64,000 nucleotides of DNA from Desulfatiglandales bacterium (GTDB lineage Bacteria > Desulfobacterota > DSM-4660 > Desulfatiglandales > HGW-15): positions 800,001-864,000 of the forward strand of contig CAXXJJ010000001.1 in the NCBI GenBank assembly GCA_963667015.2, written 5' to 3'. Shown one piece after another: positions 20,237-30,617 of this stretch. The notes below the pieces were generated by a model, which was not told where the DNA came from, made no database searches, and saw nothing but the letters and a program-made list of their open reading frames with translations. Made by a program: the position numbers and the translations under genes. How positions within the stretch are numbered: the first letter of the stretch is position 1; each line of letters begins with the position of its first letter.

Positions 20237-23236
20237 TTATCTCCTATCGGCCGTGGGCAGGCCTTTAACAAATACAGCATAGCAGTTGTTCCATTGTTCC
20301 CAGTTCTTTTTATGACGCTCCTGTTTCTCGGCAGGCATATATCTTATACCCAGGTCATAAAACGGTTTTACCTCTTCCCTGGTGCAGCCTGCTGTCAGAA
20401 GATTTTCAGCTATATGCATGGAGTGAAATAAAATTTCATCTTTCAGGTCATATTGATTGCCATATTTCAAAAGCAGGTTTAAGGCATCCCTGGCTATTTT
20501 CATGTATTCACTTTTGTTGGTGAAGACCATTAACTGCATATTTGCCCGGCTCATAAGCGCATAGGCAAGGGCCTTCACTTCAAGCTGGTTATTCGGTTTT
20601 TTCTCCCATGAATACTGCACATCTATCCTTCTGGCCAGTGGTTCCAGTGCCATCCCAAAACTCTGGTAAGCCTCATCATAGCGGCCAAGGTTGCACAGGG
20701 ACAGGGCCTGCTGAACCAGCAGTTCTGCATATTTTCCGGCGCTCTCGTCGATGTCGCCCAGTTTTTTTTCAGGCGCCGTCAGGGCACTCTCATATGCCTG
20801 CTTTCTCCTTGCCAGCTCATTTCCGCTCTGAGGTGAAATAAATTTTTTCGATTCATTCAACCCCCTTGAAAAATCTTCACTCGTAAAATTACTGTCTATA
20901 TTTATTTCGCCCAGTTTCGGGTGTCCCGGACATGTAATTTTAATCCTTGTTCTCCCAATGCTTCTGTATGGAATACTGGACTCAAAAGCCTTATTCAACA
21001 CGCTGTAATTATAGAAATAATAGTCTTTGCCGTTGATATCAGCCTTGAGATATAATTTTTTATTCAGAATCGTTTCAGGTGCCATATTTTCAATAATAAC
21101 ATGTGGCATCCAATGGCTTTGATAGACGCGCCATACGACAATAGTGTTCCGCCTGGAACCCATAGGAGCTATATCGTCAAATTTCAGGTTTAATTTCGGA
21201 GCCGCACCCTCAAATGTATTGGCTGTTGTCGAAGTATTTTCCTGGGCAACTGCCTGCGCCTGCTCTTCCTGCTCCATGCCTAATTCTACTCCAAGCAGTG
21301 AAATATCCTGGCCGCTGTCATCGGTTTTAATTTCTGCAACAGTCTCTCCCCCTTCCATGCTGAAAAGAGAATCTGCACCGCCTGAATTTTCTACTGTTTC
21401 GTCTTCTTCTATACTAAAGGGTGGATCTGTATCACCAAAATCTTCTACTGTTTCGCCTCCTTCCATACTGAAAAGGGACTCTTCACCGCCTGAATCATCC
21501 TGAGCGGGTTTAATGGTAACATCGAGCCAGGCTGTCATTCCTTTATATTTAACCAGGATCATACAGATGCCAGGTTTAAATGCAGATGCACCGGCCGGGT
21601 TACCGGACCGGGAAATCGTCATAAGGCTTTCCATGGTTGTCTTCCAGACAAAACCGCCGTCGTCTGACGGATAGGGTCTACCCGCTGCATCCACAGCCGT
21701 AAATGCAGTCCGTTTATCAACATATATGGTGGTTGGACCGGCAATTCTTAATCCGCCATAGATTTCTTTCTGAGCGTCCGCTTCGGCCCCGGAATTATTA
21801 TTGTCTTCTGTTTTATCTGCGACCTTGTCCGGCCCTGCATCCGGAGTATCCGGCTGCTGAACTTTTGGCTCTTTTCTCTGGCATCCGCCGGCAAGCCCCT
21901 CATTGGCCCTGACCTCCGTCAGCGCCCTTAAGAAAGAATCATCTGCGGCTTTATAATCATCCAGGGATGTATCCTTTACATGGCATCGAACCACGGGCGG
22001 CGGCCCTGAATATATATCCGGTCGTTGACCTCGTGTAACAAAACCTGTTTTTTCCGCCTCAATTAACTTGCCTTCCAGCTCATAGATGTATTGAGGGTAA
22101 ACAGGTTCCGGCAGACTCAGTGCATTCAAATCAAATTCAAGATTGTTGAATTCTCTTTTCGATTGAGGAAACAGAGGCTCGTAATGTTTTCTGGCATCCC
22201 CTAACTCTTGTTTCAATTTTTTCCGATCACTGTCCAGATCCCTGATTTCCGCCGGCAGCTTATTAAGCCAGGCTATCATGGTTTTTGTCTGATCCAGCCT
22301 TAACTGGTATTCATCTCTTTCTACTGCCCAGGCACTTCCATCATGTTTTGCCATCAGGTTTTCATTGATCTTCTCCAGTTGTTTATTAAGGATGGCCAAT
22401 TCAACCCAAGCCTCCTCGATGCCATCCATGGCCTGCTTCATTATGGACAGACCTGCTTTGGCTGATGCATAGGCCTGTTTTACAGCCGCCACATCAGCCG
22501 CGCTTTCGCATGCTTTGGCTTTTTCCCGGGCGCTGGCAATACGGCCCTGAACCAGGCTCTCGCCCCCCTGAATCTCATCACGAAGGGCGGCAATCTTCTT
22601 TAATTGTTTTTTTATTTCAGTGCAGAGCTGATTTCCTCTATCCACAGATGCCCTGGTTATTGCTTCATGCTGCTGGATTCCATACTTTGCTTTGGGTAAA
22701 TAGCTTAGATTTGCGCCTATGCCTGCAAGGTTTCCCCTTTTCTCACTATTTATCCGATCTATTTTTTCTTTCAGCTCTTCAATCTTTGTCCTATAGTGCC
22801 TGAACTGCCATTTAAGATTGTCTTCCTGCTCTGCCCTCTCCTCTTTTTGCTGCTTAAGCCGACGTTCTTTTTCCCTTTTCTTTTTGAATTCAGTATAACG
22901 CTCAAGGGATTCAGGATTACCGTTCAGGGCATTGAAAATCGCCTGGTTCCGGTCCAGGGCATCTTCCAGTTCCGCCACCCTGTCCGCAGGCGGATGAGTA
23001 TCGAGTTCCAGTACAATATTCTGCATATTGACTTCGCACTTTTTCATCTGGGATGATTTTATGACAGATGGAGCGGCACTAAGAAGAGAAGCCATGCCTG
23101 GGTCAGGCAGTTGTGTGCTTGCAGCAGCGAGGAAGTGGTCGATGACATCCTGAACCTGGCCTGCCTTAGAGTGAACGGGAAGAGAAATAATGAATCCAAT
23201 AACAGCAAATAGCAGGGCATTTTTTAATTTTTTCAT
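20237..23236 (-). CDS. Large secreted coiled-coil protein with Ig-like segment and acidic repeats
   Basis: 999 aa, signal peptide, coiled coil, FSMEGGETV repeats, helical C-terminus. Confidence 0.7.
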   Translation of the reverse strand: MKKLKNALLFAVIGFIISLPVHSKAGQVQDVIDHFLAAASTQLPDPGMASLLSAAPSVIKSSQMKKCEVNMQNIVLELDTHPPADRVAELEDALDRNQAIFNALNGNPESLERYTEFKKKREKERRLKQQKEERAEQEDNLKWQFRHYRTKIEELKEKIDRINSEKRGNLAGIGANLSYLPKAKYGIQQHEAITRASVDRGNQLCTEIKKQLKKIAALRDEIQGGESLVQGRIASAREKAKACESAADVAAVKQAYASAKAGLSIMKQAMDGIEEAWVELAILNKQLEKINENLMAKHDGSAWAVERDEYQLRLDQTKTMIAWLNKLPAEIRDLDSDRKKLKQELGDARKHYEPLFPQSKREFNNLEFDLNALSLPEPVYPQYIYELEGKLIEAEKTGFVTRGQRPDIYSGPPPVVRCHVKDTSLDDYKAADDSFLRALTEVRANEGLAGGCQRKEPKVQQPDTPDAGPDKVADKTEDNNNSGAEADAQKEIYGGLRIAGPTTIYVDKRTAFTAVDAAGRPYPSDDGGFVWKTTMESLMTISRSGNPAGASAFKPGICMILVKYKGMTAWLDVTIKPAQDDSGGEESLFSMEGGETVEDFGDTDPPFSIEEDETVENSGGADSLFSMEGGETVAEIKTDDSGQDISLLGVELGMEQEEQAQAVAQENTSTTANTFEGAAPKLNLKFDDIAPMGSRRNTIVVWRVYQSHWMPHVIIENMAPETILNKKLYLKADINGKDYYFYNYSVLNKAFESSIPYRSIGRTRIKITCPGHPKLGEINIDSNFTSEDFSRGLNESKKFISPQSGNELARRKQAYESALTAPEKKLGDIDESAGKYAELLVQQALSLCNLGRYDEAYQSFGMALEPLARRIDVQYSWEKKPNNQLEVKALAYALMSRANMQLMVFTNKSEYMKIARDALNLLLKYGNQYDLKDEILFHSMHIAENLLTAGCTREEVKPFYDLGIRYMPAEKQERHKKNWEQWNNCYAVFVKGLPTADRR

Positions 23237-23298
23237 GGGTGATTTCCGTTGTCACATCAGTTTTTATCAATAGGAGATGTCCGGTTTTGATATGGCTA

Positions 23299-23568
23299 TC
23301 AAAATTTAAATGAAATAGCAACGGGTGACCGGGAATCTTGAGGCTGAGCCGTATAAAACAGTACCTCTGCAGTTATGAATGATATAGTTGTGAACCATAT
23401 CTTGGCCCTTTTTTCCATATCAAGCAAGGGAATAACAAGAAGCAGTGCAAAGAAAATTAATGACGATAAAACCATTAATAATCCCAGCTTAAACTTCCGG
23501 TTTTTCTTTTTCCAGTTCAGTTGAGGCAAAATTAACTGCATTCCTTTCTCTATAGTAAACAATCCCAT
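23299..23568 (-). pseudogene. Truncated small membrane protein (transporter-suffix-like)
   Basis: Two TM helices ending AEVLFY, then non-hydrophobic tail. Confidence 0.4.
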
Positions 23569-23680
23569 GTTGTTTATAAATTATTATTGTAACCATTCAA
23601 TTTATTCAAACTATATATTTATAAGACAGTGATTTTCATCATTACTTTTATATATTTTCATTATTCAGGAGGTATGAAAA

Positions 23681-24184
23681 ATGCAATCGTACATTAAAAA
23701 ATCGTTGTGCCCTTTTATACTATTGTTCATATTGGCGCTGACAATACCCGCCTATGCAAAAACAGAGAAAATCGAAAAAACTTTTTCAGTGGGGAAAGGC
23801 GGAACGCTGGTTATAGAATGTGACCTTGGTTCTATTAATGTCGTAACCAGGGACGAAGATGAAGTTTTTGTATCAGTTCAAAAGCGTGCCGCAAACCTGA
23901 AACAGCTTAAGAGCTTTGGAATAGAGATTGAACAGAGAGGCAACGATATTTATGTTAAAGGGAAAAACAGAAACCGTAGCGATGTCGGGGTTGTATTTTC
24001 AGTTGACGTTCCAAGAGAATACAATGTGATCCTGAATACGGGTAAAGGGCACATCTATGTTGCTGATATAAAAGGCACTGTAGATGCACATACATCCGGA
24101 GGAAACATAAAAGTTATCGGCATGGATGGTGACCTTAAAGCCGATGCACGGGGAGGAAAAATTCTCCTGGAAAATAAACGGTAA
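23681..24184 (+). CDS. DUF4097-like beta-strand repeat secreted protein
   Basis: Signal peptide; IEKTFSVGKGGTL, TSGGNI-type repeats. Confidence 0.7.
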   Translation: MQSYIKKSLCPFILLFILALTIPAYAKTEKIEKTFSVGKGGTLVIECDLGSINVVTRDEDEVFVSVQKRAANLKQLKSFGIEIEQRGNDIYVKGKNRNRSDVGVVFSVDVPREYNVILNTGKGHIYVADIKGTVDAHTSGGNIKVIGMDGDLKADARGGKILLENKR

Positions 24185-24432
24185 ATCTCCTATTCAAAAA
24201 AATCAACGGAGTCAGATCCCGACACTGGACATCATCAATAGTTGGGATCTGAAATATATTTTATAAAATTGAAAGACAATAAAATATTGGGAAAGGTATA
24301 TAGAGATTGCGCGCAGGAGCCATTCAGGATTCATCCTGTTAAATCTTTCAGGGAAGATTTAAGAAATATCTTGGTAACAGGATCGGCCAGAATCGGCTCC
24401 GATTCCAGACAAGGTTAATCTTGCTGCAGATT

Positions 24433-25000
24433 TTACCAGATGAATGGCAAAAGCCGCCAGCGTGTTTTTTCTGCATATTCATTATAGCCGGGCAGCTCAT
24501 TTTTAAGGGTTTTGTCTTCAAGGGCAGTTCTGACTGCCATAACCATGACAAAGACAATACCTGCCCCTAAGGCCGGAAATGAACCCAGCAGCACGGGAGA
24601 GGCCAGATTAAACATAATGGAGCCGGTGTATCCCGGATGCCTGATCCATTGGTAGGGGCCACCGGTTACAACATAATGGCCCCGGTCTGCCTGAATCCGG
24701 ACATGGCTGGAAAAGAAACGGTTCACACGCATTGCCCAGGTGGTGAGTGCACTGCCGGCTGTCATCACTGCCAGTGCCGTAATCATCGCCGGCGTACCCA
24801 AATCATCTGTCCAGCCGAAACGGTGATCAAGCCCGGCTAAAATGACAGCCAGGAGCGGCAGTACAATTGCCAGAACAGGAACAATAGCCCGGTCCCATGA
24901 TTTGGCTTTGCGTGATGCATCCATCCGTTCCTTTACCAGTTCCGGTGATGAACGGAAAACCAGCCCTGTCAATGTTATCAGCACAAGCACATATGCAATC
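24433..25000 (-). pseudogene. Isoprenylcysteine carboxyl methyltransferase family, 5' truncated
   Basis: NRFFSSHVRIQ, GPYQWIRHPGY, EDKTLKNELPGY..Y...TRWRLLP; no credible start or RBS. Confidence 0.7.
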
Positions 25001-25248
25001 ATGAATATTACAGTAATCAAAGACTGAAAGGGATTGGCAGTTTATTATATGCATCCCCGGTTTTAGCTGATGGGAAGATTTACATTACAAGCAGGAACGG
25101 TTCGACGGTGGTAATAAAACAGGGGCCTCAGTTTGAGGTTCTGGCCACCAACAAACTTGACGATTGTTTTTCCGCATCGCCGGTGATTGTTGACAACGAG
25201 TTATTTTTACGTGGTGATAAATACCTCTATTGTTTAACAGAAAAATAG
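25000..25248 (+). pseudogene. C-terminal fragment of PQQ-like beta-propeller protein
   Basis: QRLKGIGSLLYASPVLADGKIYI...FEVLATNKLDDCFSASPVIVDNELFLRGDKYLYCL*; no start codon. Confidence 0.7.
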
Positions 25249-25310
25249 ATTAACTGCGGGAAATGGGGCGCTGTATAACCTAACAGCGTCCTCATCTTCA
25301 AACATTGCAG

Positions 25311-26192
25311 CTAATAGGATTGCACACCATGTTTTAACAGCAGTCTTGGAAGAACATCGTCAATGTTAAGGACATCATCATCTGTAAGTTCAATCAGGTT
25401 AAAACCATATTTTTGATAGATGTCCTGTTTTTCTTTTTTCCTTTTAAGATATTTCTCATTATTCTCGTAGCCCCAGAATTCGATATACACTTTTCCGGTC
25501 GGGATATAGAAATCAGAATACACATCTTCTTCTATTGGTAATTTTCTTTCATAGGCATGAACTATCTCTGCCATATAAAGCCAGTTGTCTATAATCATTT
25601 CTGCTTTTGATCTCACAAAGTGGCCGTCAGTTGAACGATGCTTTGCTTCAAATTTTTCTCTGAAGCCGTTATCTTTTGTGGTGGACTCTTCTTGAGTTTC
25701 TGTTGGTTCGTTTTTTTTAGTTCCTTTTATATCCTGAATTGAACTAAACAGAATTTTAGACTCAATGATAGATTCGGGCCACCGTACATAAGGTATACCT
25801 GACTTCTTGTCCTCATCCTGAAGTCCTCCCTGCTTCGCCCCTTGAATGGTCACCTGCCATCCCTTAATTGCTTTTTGGGTCCAGCCCAGTTCTGAAAGGA
25901 TAAAATTTATTTTATTAGCGGAAAGCCCGAAATGCTTGCCAATTGCAGTCGATGTAAGGTGTTTTTCTACCGAGACATCAAGACTGAGATCTTCAGGCCA
26001 TGTAATATATTTGCCATATTTTTCATGTGTCACAAATTTACCGCCAAGTGAAACCCCTTTATCTGTTAAAGACCAGACATCTCCTTTCTTTTCAATAAAT
26101 CCTTTTTGAAGTAATTGGGCAAACATATCATTTGTCGGAATATTAAATTTTTTTGATAATGCAGTTGTTGATATTTGTTTAATCTCATTCAT
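25311..26192 (-). CDS. Tandem winged-helix (KilAC-like) repeats plus PD-(D/E)XK-like nuclease domain
   Basis: Two repeats (STTALSKKF.../TSTAIGKHF...W.LT.KG); C-terminal VRSKAEMIIDNWL...SDFYI...YIEFWG. Confidence 0.6.
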   Translation of the reverse strand: MNEIKQISTTALSKKFNIPTNDMFAQLLQKGFIEKKGDVWSLTDKGVSLGGKFVTHEKYGKYITWPEDLSLDVSVEKHLTSTAIGKHFGLSANKINFILSELGWTQKAIKGWQVTIQGAKQGGLQDEDKKSGIPYVRWPESIIESKILFSSIQDIKGTKKNEPTETQEESTTKDNGFREKFEAKHRSTDGHFVRSKAEMIIDNWLYMAEIVHAYERKLPIEEDVYSDFYIPTGKVYIEFWGYENNEKYLKRKKEKQDIYQKYGFNLIELTDDDVLNIDDVLPRLLLKHGVQSY

Positions 26193-26543
26193 AATGCACT
26201 AATCCTCTGTAATTTAAATGATAAGTAAAAGAATTTTAAAAAAGGATAAGATGTAATTCTAATGCTAAAATTGATTAATTTAGCTATCTGAATATATATC
26301 GGCAGGTAATGGAATTAATATAATTTTTAATTTTTTAATTTTTCGGCATTATTTGCATAGCTCATCTTCCAGTCGTTATTTTAAAAAAATAAATAATTTG
26401 CGCTTAAAACTTGTACCTCATACACATGGTATTGTTCATATCCATTTTTTGAAACCAGACTAAAGCGGTTTAGACTATAGGCTGTCAGGTTTTTCTGTCT
26501 TTACTACAGACTACAGTCTAACAGCCTAAAGCCTGTTTTATTA

Positions 26544-27083
26544 TCACTTTGATTCAGCCATTTTACCTTCCACCAGCCCGATGTTGTGCTGGATCAGCTC
26601 AACCAGTGAATCCTCTCCCTGAACTATTTCCAATGCCTTTCGGTAATCCTCCAGAGCCAGTTCGTTCTGTCCGGATATATAGTAAGCCGTACCTCGTGTG
26701 TTAAGCGCCTGCCATAAAGAGGGGTTAAGCTTTACCGCCCGGCTGCATGCGTCAACAGCCTTTTTTATTTCGCCTTTGCTGGTAAGGGCAGCACACAATG
26801 CATTGAAAGCAAAGTATCGAAGCCGTTTTGCATCTGCACCAGACACATTTTTAAGACTTGCGACATATTCGCGCGCCTTAATAACTGCGAGCTCCTTTTT
26901 CCCCTCCTGCAGCAGTGAACGTATCGCAATTATTTCGTTGGGTTCGGAAAACCATACAACAGATGTCGGGTAATTACTGTCCACGCCCTTTATCCTGGTA
27001 CCAGTGGATTCTTCCGCTGCCGCATACAGCCCTGAAAAAACGAATAAAATCGATATGATAACTATTGATATTTTCCTTTTCAT
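26544..27083 (-). CDS. Secreted TPR protein
   Basis: Signal peptide after AGGAGG; NALCAAL...ALNTRGTAY TPRs. Confidence 0.75.
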   Translation of the reverse strand: MKRKISIVIISILFVFSGLYAAAEESTGTRIKGVDSNYPTSVVWFSEPNEIIAIRSLLQEGKKELAVIKAREYVASLKNVSGADAKRLRYFAFNALCAALTSKGEIKKAVDACSRAVKLNPSLWQALNTRGTAYYISGQNELALEDYRKALEIVQGEDSLVELIQHNIGLVEGKMAESK

Positions 27084-27305
27084 AGAAGCACCTCCTGTAA
27101 AAACAGTGTCTATCAGACAAAAACGTTTAAATTGTTTTAATTTAAGGATGATTTGCAGGCAAGTCAATACAGGTACAGGGGACAGTCAATTGACATACAA
27201 CGCAAATCTTCCTATACTTCATTTCTCAAAGAATTTTTATCATCTGAAGATATGAAGAAAAAGTGAGACAAGCAGGTTTAAAAATTATTTTCTATTTCTC
27301 TTTAT

Positions 27306-28295
27306 ATGGATAATATAGATAGAAGAAAATTTATCGGAATGTTCGCTAAGGGCGGAACAGCTCTAATATTACCATCCCTGTTTGCCTGTAATAATAATCC
27401 TGAAAATAACAGAGAGAATACTCCGGCAAACTCCAGGAAAAAATCTAAAAAAGAACTGGAGATAGAATTATTAAATGATTTTTTAGAGCCTTCGGAAGCT
27501 TATTTAAATAAAAAAGATATTACAGAAACTCTTTATGAGATTCAGCTTTCCTGTGAATTTGGCAGAGAAACCGTTTCAAGGGCTACATACCTCGGGGATA
27601 ATCTATTTATTACCTCTTATCATGTTGTTGACGAGGGTCCGGAAGATCTGGTCTTAATCCCTCAATGGAAAAGAAATTATGGATCAGACTTTCAACGAAA
27701 ATTCATAGTAGTTGAATATGATCCGGTTTCTGACCTGGCATTATTAAAAACAACTGAAGAGAATAATAAAGGAAAAGCAAAACTGCATCTTAACAGGATA
27801 ATCCCATCCTTGAATGACAGAGTATCATCTTTTTCATGGCTGACAGGAAAAACATCAAAAAAAACCTTTGAGGTAAAATGTGACGGCAGAGATTTATATG
27901 ATCAGACTAAAATAATCAGAAATCTTGGAAAACTTATACTGCCTGCAAATTCACATCTATTTGAAAGTGAAGGAAAGGTTCTGAAATATAATAAAGAATA
28001 TGCGGAGAAGAATTTTTCCCGAAGAAGATACACTGATCCGGAGAATAATATTATTACCTCAATCAAGGGTGATCATGGTTCAAGCGGACAGCCTGTTTTT
28101 TTAAAAAAGGATAAAGATAAATATCAGTTTATAGGTATTACCAGGGGAGGGTTCCCCCTGGACTATTGCACCCCTGTGTCTAATCACCCGTTAGGGGAGC
28201 GTGAAATAGTTCAAACCATTGCCTTTGTCGTACATAGAGGCCCTATTGAAAAGCTGGTCAGGGGGTATATTAAAAGAACGTCACGATATATATAA
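27306..28295 (+). CDS. Trypsin-like serine protease, Tat-lipoprotein signal
   Basis: DRRKFI...LFAC; TSYHVV (His), DLALLK (Asp), HGSSGQPVF (Ser). Confidence 0.7.
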   Translation: MDNIDRRKFIGMFAKGGTALILPSLFACNNNPENNRENTPANSRKKSKKELEIELLNDFLEPSEAYLNKKDITETLYEIQLSCEFGRETVSRATYLGDNLFITSYHVVDEGPEDLVLIPQWKRNYGSDFQRKFIVVEYDPVSDLALLKTTEENNKGKAKLHLNRIIPSLNDRVSSFSWLTGKTSKKTFEVKCDGRDLYDQTKIIRNLGKLILPANSHLFESEGKVLKYNKEYAEKNFSRRRYTDPENNIITSIKGDHGSSGQPVFLKKDKDKYQFIGITRGGFPLDYCTPVSNHPLGEREIVQTIAFVVHRGPIEKLVRGYIKRTSRYI

Positions 28296-28397
28296 TCAGC
28301 TTACATTCGGAAAGAATAAAATCCGGATGTAGTTTTTGGCACTCAGCTATCAGCAATCAGCCCCCCCTCCCGATTAAATAACAGGCCGTTTGATGCC

Positions 28398-29000
28398 TTA
28401 TTTCCCCCCTTTTGGATAGGTCTCCAGTGACGCCTCCGGCATGCCGCCCTCACTGCGGATAATACGGTCCTTGAAGAGCCAGCGCCCATCCTCCTTTACC
28501 ATTTCATCCCGTTCGGTCCCGTACTCCGTCACCCTGGGCGATGATGTCAGCAGCTCCGAACCTATGGTCAGCCAGATCATATTTACAACGGCTTTATCAC
28601 CCTGCAGCTCAATATCCAGGTTCGTGTACAATGTCTCTCCCACCCCCTTTGGAACCGCGCCTTCGGCCCTGGGGGCTTTTTCATCGTCACCGATAAACCC
28701 GGCCTGGGAATACATACCCTTTATCCCGTCACGGCCGCTGACAATCCAGCCGTTGACGTCAAGCCTGGCATCATCGGTGTAGAAAGATTCAAAATCCTGC
28801 ACACCATCCCTCCGGAATTGACCATAGTAATCGTTGATAAGGTCATTGATAGCGGCACGGTCCGCCAGCGCGGTCAGTTCAGGCGATACCTGCACTTCAG
28901 CGGGCGTATTGGAGCAGCCTGCCATTAATCCCGTAACTGCAAGGACAGCAAACAGCCTCAGGCTAACTTTAATAATGCGGCGATGATTGATTCTGGTCAT
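28398..29000 (-). CDS. SnoaL/NTF2-like lipoprotein (paralog of 8370..8960)
   Basis: Lipobox LMAGC; aligns over its length with 8370..8960. Confidence 0.75.
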   Translation of the reverse strand: MTRINHRRIIKVSLRLFAVLAVTGLMAGCSNTPAEVQVSPELTALADRAAINDLINDYYGQFRRDGVQDFESFYTDDARLDVNGWIVSGRDGIKGMYSQAGFIGDDEKAPRAEGAVPKGVGETLYTNLDIELQGDKAVVNMIWLTIGSELLTSSPRVTEYGTERDEMVKEDGRWLFKDRIIRSEGGMPEASLETYPKGGK

Positions 29001-29022
29001 GGTTAATCCTCCCTGTTGGTTT

Positions 29023-29118
29023 ATTGCGAAGCGCAAGGTCTATACCTCGTCGCTTGCGACGATTAAACAGATTTATTCCTTATTTGATACCCCGCTGCTT
29101 GCGGCGGGTTAGTTCATT
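29023..29118. mobile_element. IS200/IS605-derived non-autonomous palindromic element, copy 2
   Basis: Near-identical to 16662..16758. Confidence 0.6.
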
Positions 29119-29139
29119 CTGAATTTAAAATTAGTTTTT

Positions 29140-29370
29140 ATCCGTCATACCCGAGCATTGCGTTATTCATCCCCGCCAACATTCATACCCGAGTATCGCG
29201 GTATCCATCCCCACCACAGTCATACCACGACTTGATCGCGGTATCCATTCTGTTTTTTAATTTTGCTCGTAGAGACAGGTTTTAAACCTGTCTCCCTGTA
29301 TTTAGATTTTTAAAATAAAAAAATCAGTTTCGTGTATTTCGTGTATTTCGTGTGGTTCGTGGTTAAATAA
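29140..29370. repeat. Cluster of REP-like palindromes and short tandem repeats
   Basis: Three CATACC...G(G/T)TAT(C/T)CAT units, GTAGAGACAGGTTTTAAACCTGTCTC, (TTCGTGTAT)n; similar units at 37325..37420. Confidence 0.6.
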
Positions 29371-29853
29371 AGGTTTTAAATATTGTATTCAGCTTTCCCT
29401 GATAGTCTTCAGCCTACAGCCCGCTTTAAATGTTCTAAAAAATCAGTCACTGACAAAAAGGAGAATAACAATCAGAATGTAAAAAAAACCAAAAGCATAT
29501 ATCTCTCGCCCGTTCGCTTTGCTCACTAGAGACGCAGAGTACACAGAGAAAAGCATTTTTATATTTCTAAAACACAAATCAGTTTTTGCTTTTGTTTTTC
29601 TCTGCGGCCTCTGTGCGCTCTGTGAGAGGCATGTTTTTGTCTTTTGTTTTTAGTGGTTAACAATATCCCCTATTATTTCAATGCCTTTTGCCTTGACGCC
29701 AATGCGCGCAGGCGGGGATCCATTTTTATTTTGTTCTTCAGACAGCAGGAATCAAAGGTAGACCTGATCGCTTTATGATGTGAGACTATCCTTCAGTTGC
29801 AAACTAATTTAGAGCGTTGTGACAAATGGATCGTCAATGATACAAATTTAATT

Positions 29854-30261
29854 TTATGGCATCGACATCCCAGCCGATGGTGCGACAGGAGGAAATAGAT
29901 CATTACTGTCAGTGCGGGTCGCATCGTTTGCGTCGCGTAAATACCCCTGCGCATTTTCCCTCTTTTTTTTATCCCATTCGGCCCACTGTTCTTTTGTACC
30001 GCAGATTCTCTTCGGGATACGTGATCCTGCTCTCTTTTCTTTGCGACACTCTATTTCCTGATCGTCACCGGTTTTATCATTTTCTGATTTGGCCTGTACT
30101 GATTCCTGGCCGGATTTATTCGCGATAGATGATGACTGATTTTTATATCCGCCGCCACATGCACATGTCAGAAAGGCAATCATAATAAAACAAATCAGAA
30201 ATGTTACAAACCTGCAGTTTTCCTTTAATTCCTTAAAAATTAAAATTTTCTTCATCTTCAT
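29854..30261 (-). CDS. Hypothetical lipoprotein
   Basis: Hydrophobic segment ending LTCAC; CRKEKRAGSRIPKRICGT motif. Confidence 0.6.
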   Translation of the reverse strand: MKMKKILIFKELKENCRFVTFLICFIMIAFLTCACGGGYKNQSSSIANKSGQESVQAKSENDKTGDDQEIECRKEKRAGSRIPKRICGTKEQWAEWDKKKRENAQGYLRDANDATRTDSNDLFPPVAPSAGMSMP

Positions 30262-30617
30262 ATCCTCTTATTATTGATTTATAAGCATATAGGAGAACAC
30301 TAAAATAAAGCTGATTGAATAATCTGTACTATTATGAATATAACAAGTCAATCTCAAAACCCGTGGAAAAAACAGGGGATATCAATCTAAAAAGTGGTAA
30401 AGGGATCTCAGGATGTAATTCTCTTTATTCCAAAAAGCCTGCCCTGTTAAATACCGCAGGTAAGATTTGATCAAATCTTATTTAACATGGGTTAGCCTGG
30501 CCCGACCCCCATTTAACAACTTATAATCTTATGGGCATCCCACCTTCTTTTTATAAAAGGTAGTTATTTATTTATGATCCTGTTTAAGACGATTTAAAGG
30601 AGATTTTGCACCCTTTA

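Noticed and set aside
29140..29370. Possible CRISPR array
   Set aside because: Only about three degenerate units with similar intervening sequence; no cas genes.
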